Virus record (IMG/VR): IMGVR_UViG_3300032254_000001
Location: 256,001 to 320,000 of that record
Reading direction: 5' to 3' (one strand)
Origin: a virus
Taxonomy: Duplodnaviria > Caudoviricetes
Length of the DNA stretch: 64,000 bases
This document shows, piece by piece, positions 1-6,678 of the stretch; the stretch's first letter is position 1, and each line of letters begins with the position of its first letter. Position numbers and translations under genes: made by a program. The notes below the pieces were generated by a model. The model saw only the letters and a list, made by a program, of their open reading frames with translations. It was not told where the DNA came from and did no database searches.

Positions 1-8
1 CTGCTTGA

Positions 9-404
9 TCAGATGTTAGTTCTTTCAAGTAGGTCTTCCTCTATTCTTTTCTGCTTATTCTCTTTACTAATATGATGAAGAAAGGCTGAGTGACTAACTT
101 GCACTAAAAATCCAAATGGGTTATTGCTTTTAGTTGAGTCAAAATGCTGATATGAAATTAACATTTGCATAACCGCAGCTTGAACTAAATCATCTGCGTA
201 CACTAGACTCTGATAATGTTTTCTGTGTAGTAGTCTATCCGCAAGTTCTATCATGTACTTGCCTAATGCTTGCGATACTTTGCCATCATTTTGTGCATAG
301 TCTATAGCAATAAGCAAATCAGAATTGTTGTTGATTGGACCGTAATAGCCCCACGGGTCAACTAACTTATCCCATACTGCACGTTGGTCTTTATTCAACA
401 GCAT
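9..404 (-). CDS. Truncated paralog of the gp55-like late sigma factor with an N-terminal AVWDKL tag
   Basis: DGKVSQALGKYMIELADR...KSNNPFGF...ISKENKQKRIEEDLLE aligns by eye with HGRTTNNLAMMYIKLCER...KSQNPFAY...LNIEKKMQNIRDDILE of the full gp55 at 28984-29961. Confidence 0.7.
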   Translation of the reverse strand: MLLNKDQRAVWDKLVDPWGYYGPINNNSDLLIAIDYAQNDGKVSQALGKYMIELADRLLHRKHYQSLVYADDLVQAAVMQMLISYQHFDSTKSNNPFGFLVQVSHSAFLHHISKENKQKRIEEDLLERTNI

Positions 405-684
405 TGAGTTTGTCCCATATAGCTTCTTTCTCTAAGCGATCATGGAACTCAATCATTGCTGCTTTTCTTTCTTTCTTAAAAAGATCAAGTGCTATCTTGT
501 GTGGGCAGTCCTCAGGGTACTCAGTTATGTTGTGTTCAGCTTCGCTTAAGCGACAAGAAACCCAAGTGTTGTCTGACTCGTAGTCCCTGCTGTGATCGCT
601 TATGTGTAATGTTTCATCCCACTCGTAGTAATTTTTACATTCAAGTATATCTCTGCACATACTGTCATAATGTATTCTAAACAT
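391..684 (-). CDS. Cys-containing hypothetical protein with C-terminal AIWDKL tag
   Basis: ATG at 684 preceded by GAGGA; shares NI..YPE.C.H and W.KL with 1765-2031. Confidence 0.7.
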   Translation of the reverse strand: MFRIHYDSMCRDILECKNYYEWDETLHISDHSRDYESDNTWVSCRLSEAEHNITEYPEDCPHKIALDLFKKERKAAMIEFHDRLEKEAIWDKLNAVE

Positions 685-937
685 CTTTCCTCTGCTCTGC
701 TGCAATTTCACTAATTAATATATCAGCTAGTTCTTGTTCAACATCTATTCCGTGTAGGGACTCTAGGTCTTTAGCAACGTCAACAGTCCAACTAGCACGT
801 AGCCTACGGGTCACAGGGCCAGTCTCCTTTAGGCGGTCCCAAACTTTTTCTTTCTCTCGTTGAATAGCTTCTTTCTGCTTCCGGATACCGTTGCGGATCT
901 TTCGTTGGTTCACTTGTATTGCTGTCTCTTTCATCAA
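677..937 (-). CDS. WxKL-tag mini-protein carrying a gp23 major capsid fragment
   Basis: KVWDRL followed by TRRLRASWT...HGIDVEQELADILISEIAAE; 21/39 identical to the MCP segment at about 8920-9040. Confidence 0.8.
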   Translation of the reverse strand: MMKETAIQVNQRKIRNGIRKQKEAIQREKEKVWDRLKETGPVTRRLRASWTVDVAKDLESLHGIDVEQELADILISEIAAEQRKDV

Positions 938-1166
938 ACTTCCATTCTCCTAGTATATGTTTATTAAATTCTGTCATATCTTTAGTCAGACTGTCAATGT
1001 ATGCGTCTACTAAAGACCAATCGATCCCATACTTCTGGGGGAGTTGTGTTACCCCAGATAATTTCTTCCATATGGTCTCTTCTTCTTTTTGCAGCCGCTC
1101 TCTTTCTTTTCGCCTCTGCTCTTTTCTTTTTCCGCGGGTCCTGAAACGTTTCCGTCTTGAAGTCAA
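804..1166 (-). CDS. Arg/Lys-rich WxKL-tag hypothetical protein
   Basis: TTG start with AGGAGG upstream; N-terminus MTSRRKRFRTRGKRK is paralogous to 994-1419; TIWKKL. Confidence 0.65.
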   Translation of the reverse strand: MTSRRKRFRTRGKRKEQRRKERERLQKEEETIWKKLSGVTQLPQKYGIDWSLVDAYIDSLTKDMTEFNKHILGEWKFDERDSNTSEPTKDPQRYPEAERSYSTRERKSLGPPKGDWPCDP

Positions 1167-1419
1167 AATGAAACCCTCCTACTGGTTCTATACCTGCTGT
1201 TTGTTCGCCCATTGGCTGTACACCAACTAAGTCGTCTGCAATCATTACAGGTGCTATGCGTCTCATTAACGGCATTAAAATAGCGCCAAGATCATCCCAA
1301 TCGTATTCAGGTGGTAGTGGCGGGCTAACATTTGTTAACTTGTTCCAAGTCTCTAACGACTCTTTCCTTAGTGCTTTACGCTTACCACGCTGCCTACGTC
1401 TGCGCCTGACACTAGTCAT
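994..1419 (-). CDS. WxKL-tag mini-protein carrying a gp23 fragment (Gol-peptide-equivalent region)
   Basis: ETWNKL followed by ILMPLMRRIAPVMIADDLVGVQPM; 13/24 identical to the MCP segment at about 9288-9360. Confidence 0.75.
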   Translation of the reverse strand: MTSVRRRRRQRGKRKALRKESLETWNKLTNVSPPLPPEYDWDDLGAILMPLMRRIAPVMIADDLVGVQPMGEQTAGIEPVGGFHFDFKTETFQDPRKKKRAEAKRKRAAAKRRRDHMEEIIWGNTTPPEVWDRLVFSRRIH

Positions 1420-1765
1420 CGTCGGTAATATCCTTAGGTTTAGGTTTCATTATTATAACATTATCATGCTCGTCGGACTTCTCGTATTTGTTCTTAATAC
1501 TATCTAACTTTTCTTCAAATGTGTCGCAGGCCCACTCGTTTAATTGATTGTATAAGTCAGCAGCACCAGGCGTCACAGTGTGTCTAAATGTTTCTGTTTT
1601 TGAATCATAATTGCTGATTATACGTTCTATTCGTATTACCCGCTTCCTGCGCCACCAAGACTTGAAATGAATAGTAAAAACATCATAAACCTTTGTGCCA
1701 ATCTTATGCTCCATTGTGTGCTCGAAGTATTCGATTTTATCAAAAAATTCTTTAGGTAGTATCAT
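1412..1765 (-). CDS. Hypothetical protein
   Basis: ORF tightly packed between its neighbours on the same strand. Confidence 0.65.
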   Translation of the reverse strand: MILPKEFFDKIEYFEHTMEHKIGTKVYDVFTIHFKSWWRRKRVIRIERIISNYDSKTETFRHTVTPGAADLYNQLNEWACDTFEEKLDSIKNKYEKSDEHDNVIIMKPKPKDITDDD

Positions 1766-2031
1766 TATAGGACCTGTATATGTACTGGATCACGTAAAAG
1801 TGATTTTACTGTTCTATGGGGTTGATTCAATTTCTTCCACATTATATCTTGTTGCTTTGCTTTATCTTTCGCAATGGTAATATCTTCAAGGTGCAAACAA
1901 CCTTCTGGATATTTAATAATGTTAATCGTCACACCCATTACAATACAGGAATGACATTTACCAACCTGCATATCAAACTCTCTGTGGTACTTGCATTCCT
2001 TTGATTTACAAAATTCATTAAAGTTATACAT
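1765..2031 (-). CDS. Cys-rich hypothetical protein with IMWKKL tag
   Basis: CxxxxC, CxxC and YPEGCLH; paralog of 391-684. Confidence 0.7.
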   Translation of the reverse strand: MYNFNEFCKSKECKYHREFDMQVGKCHSCIVMGVTINIIKYPEGCLHLEDITIAKDKAKQQDIMWKKLNQPHRTVKSLLRDPVHIQVL

Positions 2032-3055
2032 GCTCTACAACTACTTTTACATTTGGAAACGGTGTTATAAACTGCCCACATGCAGACTGAATTTCAACTC
2101 CGGTTGAAATTTGTATCTTTAAATTATTGTGAAACTTTGCAAACTGCACAATAATTTCCTTAAAGCGATCGCTTTCTTCCATTTCGTTAGCATCACATCT
2201 GTTATAGCGTAGTACTCTGAACTCGTAGTCTTCTAGATTCCACTTAGTGATAAAATCAAACAATGCTTGCACTTCTTCTTCGCTATCGTTAACACCATCC
2301 ATAAACATATGATGGAATATTAAATTATGTTTGTTGTTGTCTGCGTACTTTAACAGCTTCGGCATTGCTTCTTCCAATGGCATAGCTCCAGGAATAATTT
2401 GATCCCTAGTCTCTTGTACTGCACTGTGCAACGAATAAAACAATCTAAATGGACTGCGCTGTATGTAATTGCCCATTGATGATTGTGCTTCACTATGCAC
2501 AACAACCTTGTTATTTGGATTAGTTCCAAATGATTTTAGGTCTTCATTGAGCTCGTGAAATATGTCAATCCAATCATCGTTTCTAATTTTAGGTAGCACT
2601 GTTGAAAGATCAACACCATCTAAGCCTGCTGCGTAGTTGTTATCTGTTACGTAGTTTAACACATCGTTGGTTGCTCTGTACACCCCTGCTGGGTTAAGAA
2701 TTGCTTCGCCCATGCCCATCCAGCATACTTTCATGTATCTGCTTGCTATGCTTGCATCGTGTTGCACTGCATGATCAATTGCATCAATAAGATTTGATTG
2801 CACTGTAGTAATTGGCAGCTTCTTGTAAGGCATTTCTTTCATTGTTAAGTAACAGAAGTCACACTGCATCGGGCATCCGCCGCTAATCGATGCGAACACT
2901 GAATACTTATTTCTGTTAATAGGATTCATTTCCAGTACACCAGTTACTGGATTTCTAATTGTGTCGCAGCTTGAAACAGTTTTTATTGCAGTTTCAGACG
3001 TGTCGCTATGCACATACTTTGTTACTAGTCCGTCATCTGATTCAAAAACTTCCAT
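2024..3055 (-). CDS. RlmN/Cfr-family radical SAM protein
   Basis: SISGGCPMQCDFC cluster motif, MGMGE, SLHS and C-terminal SACGQ, all RlmN/Cfr hallmarks. Confidence 0.85.
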   Translation of the reverse strand: MEVFESDDGLVTKYVHSDTSETAIKTVSSCDTIRNPVTGVLEMNPINRNKYSVFASISGGCPMQCDFCYLTMKEMPYKKLPITTVQSNLIDAIDHAVQHDASIASRYMKVCWMGMGEAILNPAGVYRATNDVLNYVTDNNYAAGLDGVDLSTVLPKIRNDDWIDIFHELNEDLKSFGTNPNNKVVVHSEAQSSMGNYIQRSPFRLFYSLHSAVQETRDQIIPGAMPLEEAMPKLLKYADNNKHNLIFHHMFMDGVNDSEEEVQALFDFITKWNLEDYEFRVLRYNRCDANEMEESDRFKEIIVQFAKFHNNLKIQISTGVEIQSACGQFITPFPNVKVVVEHV

Positions 3056-3290
3056 TGGTATTCCTCTTCAATGAGTCCGGGTGAATTATTTCGTTACGAA
3101 CTCTGTTGTTTTCTCTTTCCCTTGCTGCTTCCATCTCTGCTAGTATCTCGTCTTGGATGCGACGAACTGCTTCTTCCATACGTCCTACCATGTGTCGTAG
3201 CATCTCTTCCCATTCCGTGTCATGGATAGAAGGTTCTTCCTGCAGACCGTTCTTTAAGCGATCCCAGACTTCTTCTTGCTCTGTGTTCAT
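3042..3290 (-). CDS. WxKL-tag helical hypothetical protein
   Basis: EQEEVWDRL at the N-terminus; overlaps its neighbours. Confidence 0.7.
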   Translation of the reverse strand: MNTEQEEVWDRLKNGLQEEPSIHDTEWEEMLRHMVGRMEEAVRRIQDEILAEMEAARERENNRVRNEIIHPDSLKRNTNGSF

Positions 3291-3472
3291 GCCGTTGTGT
3301 CCGATACTATTGTTATAGCCTTGTCAGCTCGAAGCACCTGTGTTGACCAATATATCGATCGATACATAAGTGGTTCAAATTTAACCTTAGGCTCTGGAAC
3401 ATGCTTAAGCTTTTCCCACACCAGTTCTTTATCACTGGGTTCTGCAGATGTTACTTTCTTGACTTTTGCCAC
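3287..3472 (-). CDS. WxKL-tag hypothetical protein
   Basis: DKELVWEKLKHVPEPK, nearly identical to the tag in 4112-4567. Confidence 0.7.
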   Translation of the reverse strand: MAKVKKVTSAEPSDKELVWEKLKHVPEPKVKFEPLMYRSIYWSTQVLRADKAITIVSDTTA

Positions 3473-3671
3473 TAAATTTTAATGCGAAAATTATCGCATC
3501 CTCCTTATACTCAAACCACCAACGTGTGTTAGTGTAATGGTGATAAAAACATCCACCATCTTGTTGTTCGACACACCACTTGTGAGCTTCTTTAATACAG
3601 TCACGACATGGTGGTGGAACAACAAACCATAATTCATTACGATGTTCCTTAGGTGGATTACACCACTTCAC
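3432..3671 (-). CDS. Small protein of the WC...[FW]xFExExDAxxFxL family
   Basis: WCVEQQDGG...WWFEYKEDAIIFALKF. Confidence 0.7.
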   Translation of the reverse strand: MKWCNPPKEHRNELWFVVPPPCRDCIKEAHKWCVEQQDGGCFYHHYTNTRWWFEYKEDAIIFALKFSGKSQESNICRTQ

Positions 3672-3919
3672 TCATCTTTACCTACTACCACATACTCGAC
3701 GCTAGATACGCCGTCACCTAAATCTTTGTGTACTAATTTAGTTTCCACCTTACCTCCTCGCATATCAGCGAACAGTTGCGATGCTTTTTTAAGTTCTTCT
3801 TCTGTGTTCTCTACTTCTTTCCAATTCGAAGCCTTGCTCAGCTTTTCCCACATTAATTCCTTATCGTCATCTTCTGTAGTCTTGCCAAGAAGTATTCTTT
3901 TAAAACGTTCTAAGTTCAT
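3668..3919 (-). CDS. WxKL-tag hypothetical protein
   Basis: DKELMWEKL; ATGA overlaps with neighbours. Confidence 0.7.
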   Translation of the reverse strand: MNLERFKRILLGKTTEDDDKELMWEKLSKASNWKEVENTEEELKKASQLFADMRGGKVETKLVHKDLGDGVSSVEYVVVGKDE

Positions 3920-4143
3920 TTGTCGATTGTACTCTCAATATCGAAATACATTGTTTTACCAGCTCCGCGTCGTGCTGCTATTACAACCAATTCACCTTTG
4001 CCAACACCACCACACAATGCTCTACCTAATTGCTGTTGGTACCATGTTAGGCCGTTGCCATTAAATGGTGGTACATACTCTGTGGATAACTTTTCCCACA
4101 TTAGTTCCTGCTCAGCGGCTTTTGAGGATTTTGATTGTGACAT
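3916..4143 (-). CDS. WxKL-tag mini-protein carrying an isolated Walker A (DnaB-like) fragment
   Basis: EQELMWEKL followed by GGVGKGELVVIAARRGAGKT, in only 75 aa. Confidence 0.7.
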   Translation of the reverse strand: MSQSKSSKAAEQELMWEKLSTEYVPPFNGNGLTWYQQQLGRALCGGVGKGELVVIAARRGAGKTMYFDIESTIDK

Positions 4144-4567
4144 TATTTGGATCCACCTCTTCTTTAGAAATACTTAGTATAGTGTCCATCATGCTCGGAT
4201 ATAATGAACTAATGTCATTATCAAACGTGCTACCCTTAGGCTGTGGAACATGTTTAAGCTTTTCCCAAACTTCTGCCTTTTCCTCTTCGATCTTCTGTAA
4301 TAAAATTTTAGCTTTAACACGGGTACCAAACACAGGACTTTTTGCAGCTTCCTGCAAGTCTGCTATCTCCATGCGGATCCGGTTGTCATGCTCCTCATCA
4401 GTATCAGTAATCATCCTAAGTCTAGCTTTTGCTCGTAGCCTAATGCCCATTGAATCATCCTTACTAAGGATTTTAAGATATTCCGGGCCATTGTTCATTA
4501 GCTCTATCTTCTCAGCTTCAGACATTGCCATTATTCTAATTTGGTCAAACAGATCAACTTCACTCAT
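4112..4567 (-). CDS. WxKL-tag protein carrying a family-B DNA polymerase motif A-like fragment
   Basis: EKAEVWEKLKHVPQPK followed by DISSLYPSMM. Confidence 0.65.
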   Translation of the reverse strand: MSEVDLFDQIRIMAMSEAEKIELMNNGPEYLKILSKDDSMGIRLRAKARLRMITDTDEEHDNRIRMEIADLQEAAKSPVFGTRVKAKILLQKIEEEKAEVWEKLKHVPQPKGSTFDNDISSLYPSMMDTILSISKEEVDPNNVTIKILKSR

Positions 4568-4797
4568 TTAAATTTTAATGCAAACAATGTTGCATCCTCT
4601 TCGTTTTCAAAATACCAATATGTTTCTCTAAATTCCACGTCCGCTTTATTTTCTTTATACCTGCGATAATATTGCCCTGATGAATTATGTCCTGTGCACC
4701 ATGATCCTTCCGCAGTATACGATCTAGATGCATGTCTAACTAATGTCACTTTATTCCACGGGTGGCCGTTAACATCGCCTATATCTTTATATTCCAC
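4564..4797 (-). CDS. Small protein of the FxFExExDAxxFxL family
   Basis: WCTG...YWYFENEEDATLFALKF. Confidence 0.7.
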   Translation of the reverse strand: MEYKDIGDVNGHPWNKVTLVRHASRSYTAEGSWCTGHNSSGQYYRRYKENKADVEFRETYWYFENEEDATLFALKFK

Positions 4798-4805
4798 AGT
4801 ACACC

Positions 4806-5225
4806 TTATTCATCAAACTTCTCATTTTTCAATTTATAAAATGTTTCAACGCTTTCTTCTGTGAACGGAACAAAGGTACTAGCCAATGCATCTTTGCCAG
4901 AAGTAAAATAAAATATCCAACCGCCCGGTACACGTTCAGCACAGGTATCGTCGTGTATATCTAAGCGATCATAATGTGGCATGGTATACAGTTGCCTGCG
5001 ATTCTTAGCATAGACCACTTCCCTTACTGCGGCTTCTTTAGCAGCCTCATCCATTTCTGCCCTGTGTTTCGCCATTATTTTGTCAATGCGATCACGGCGT
5101 TCTAATTCTTCACGTAGGCCTTTTGCCTTAGCTGCGTCTTTAGCTTCTTGCTCTTTCTTTTCTTTTAGTAGCTGCCGGTCTGCTTTACTTTTCCACATCG
5201 TGGTACTCCTCGGGAGGAGCTGCAA
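4806..5225 (-). CDS. Hypothetical protein
   Basis: Charged helical N-terminus and RVPGGWIFY C-terminal domain; start uncertain. Confidence 0.6.
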   Translation of the reverse strand: MQLLPRSTTMWKSKADRQLLKEKKEQEAKDAAKAKGLREELERRDRIDKIMAKHRAEMDEAAKEAAVREVVYAKNRRQLYTMPHYDRLDIHDDTCAERVPGGWIFYFTSGKDALASTFVPFTEESVETFYKLKNEKFDE

Positions 5226-5508
5226 TTGCTTCTAAGTCGTATACCACTCGTTTAATGTACTGGAACTTTGATTCCGGATCATCGCATAATGCCATCCATG
5301 CTAATTCCTTATTAAACTTGAATTTAAGTGTGTTAGCTACGCCATTGGTATAGCGATTGATACGGCTAAGTTCAGCTTCGTGGTCACGTTTAACCCGAAG
5401 GAACTGCTTTTCGCGGTAGTTAATATGCTGGGCTTGGCCTTTAGCCTTGTCTTCCAGATCCTTTATTTGCTGTTTAAGATCCTTAATTATATCGCGTTTT
5501 GATGCCAT
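5185..5508 (-). CDS. Coiled-coil hypothetical protein
   Basis: First ORF after the 5541-5569 promoter; ATG at 5508 (track start 5517). Confidence 0.65.
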   Translation of the reverse strand: MASKRDIIKDLKQQIKDLEDKAKGQAQHINYREKQFLRVKRDHEAELSRINRYTNGVANTLKFKFNKELAWMALCDDPESKFQYIKRVVYDLEAIAAPPEEYHDVEK

Positions 5509-5540
5509 AACTACCACTGAGGTTAACGAATTGTGTAGTA

Positions 5541-5569
5541 ATTATAGCAAGTTTTGGAGGGATGGTCAA
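5541..5569 (-). promoter_or_regulatory. sigma70-type early promoter
   Basis: TTGACC-17 nt-TATAAT with extended TG. Confidence 0.8.
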
Positions 5570-5808
5570 TCAGTTTTGGTGTCATCGAGTGTAATGTTAA
5601 CGCTTAAATAGGGGAATTCGGTGTCATCTACGTACTCAACATCGTACGGCTTTTCAATTGTGCAATCGGTACTTAAAAAGGCATCTACTGCCGTCTGTTC
5701 CTCTATGGATAATACCTCATCCTGGAAAAGCCATATATCCATAACCGATTCGAATCCACCGTGCTTAATAAGAAGCAGTGTCATTAGGTGTTCCTGTTCT
5801 GGAGTCAT
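5566..5808 (-). CDS. LILK[YH]G-family small protein
   Basis: LLLIKHGG...DIWL. Confidence 0.65.
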   Translation of the reverse strand: MTPEQEHLMTLLLIKHGGFESVMDIWLFQDEVLSIEEQTAVDAFLSTDCTIEKPYDVEYVDDTEFPYLSVNITLDDTKTD

Positions 5809-5855
5809 AAGTCAGACCTTTATGGGCTTCTGTGTTTGACGCTTTACAAGCCGTT

Positions 5856-5884
5856 ATGTTAACACACTATTTTGGTGTTGTCAA
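5856..5884 (-). promoter_or_regulatory. sigma70-type promoter
   Basis: TTGACA-17 nt-TAACAT with extended TG. Confidence 0.65.
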
Positions 5885-6033
5885 TGGCTGTTCTTTATAT
5901 GCACGTCAAAACCTTCTTTTTCATGCTCGTAATATACAGGAGTATTGTTCAAAATCTTTGCTATTGAATGTGCAAACTCTCTGTCTTCTGTCATTAGTCG
6001 TACGAATGTTGCTTTAAGCTCTTCGTCACTCAT
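5881..6033 (-). CDS. 50-aa hypothetical protein (not in ORF track)
   Basis: MSDEELKATFVRLMTEDREF...KNSH*; fills the gap between two same-strand genes and overlaps the upstream stop. Confidence 0.55.
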   Translation of the reverse strand: MSDEELKATFVRLMTEDREFAHSIAKILNNTPVYYEHEKEGFDVHIKNSH

Positions 6034-6247
6034 CTTCATTATCTGTATCCTTTGGATTATCGTATAGTTTGTTAAACTCTTTCTTTACATCTAAAACAAG
6101 ATTTGGTAATATTTTTATTGCATGTTCACCTAGTACTTCCTTCTGGGCATCACTGAACTGTTCTTTATCGTACAACCATATACAGAATGCGTTCTCTATA
6201 CTGCCGTACTTCAAAATTAAAAATGTTTTAACATCATCTTCACTCAT
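6026..6247 (-). CDS. LILKYG-family small protein
   Basis: FLILKYGSIENAFCIWL. Confidence 0.7.
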   Translation of the reverse strand: MSEDDVKTFLILKYGSIENAFCIWLYDKEQFSDAQKEVLGEHAIKILPNLVLDVKKEFNKLYDNPKDTDNEDE

Positions 6248-6447
6248 TTGCGTCTGGTCTCTGCAAAGAATATATTAATAGCATCGTGCAAGTGAGCGGG
6301 CATTTTATCGTGTGTATTGATCCACATATGGAATGCTTTGTCCAAATTGCCGTATTTTAATATTAAATATGATTCTATATTATCCATAGTTATCGGTCCC
6401 GGGTGATACGCTGTTCGCGTTACTAGCGTAACACACTCGTCTACCAA
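6244..6447 (-). CDS. LILKYG-family small protein
   Basis: YLILKYGNLDKAFHMW. Confidence 0.7.
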   Translation of the reverse strand: MVDECVTLVTRTAYHPGPITMDNIESYLILKYGNLDKAFHMWINTHDKMPAHLHDAINIFFAETRRK

Positions 6448-6465
6448 AAGTCAACCTCAATCTGC

Positions 6466-6678
6466 TCATTTTAAGTCATCTTTTAGTGTAACACTTACTG
6501 GATATTTAATACCATCTTTGGTATGCTCTAATATCATGTGTGCTAGTTCGGATATAGTAGGATCTGGGTCGTTCTTAAATACATCAAGATGCTTACCATA
6601 ACGTACCATTATGAACTTTTCTTCAAACGGTAAGGAGTAGTACTTGATGTGATCAAATACATTTGATTCATTTGCCAT
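6466..6678 (-). CDS. Hypothetical protein (distant LILKYG-like, FIMVRYG)
   Basis: Same-strand packed ORF. Confidence 0.6.
   Translation of the reverse strand: MANESNVFDHIKYYSLPFEEKFIMVRYGKHLDVFKNDPDPTISELAHMILEHTKDGIKYPVSVTLKDDLK

Noticed and set aside
3120-3200. RRIQDEILAEM in 3042-3290 as a third gp23 fragment (EIDQEIL)
   Set aside because: Too short and low-complexity to support by eye.
9-4567. WxKL repeats as a DNA repeat, CRISPR-like array or DGR template/variable pair
   Set aside because: Copies differ mainly at synonymous positions and spacing is irregular. There is no adenine-specific mismatch pair and no reverse transcriptase in the window.
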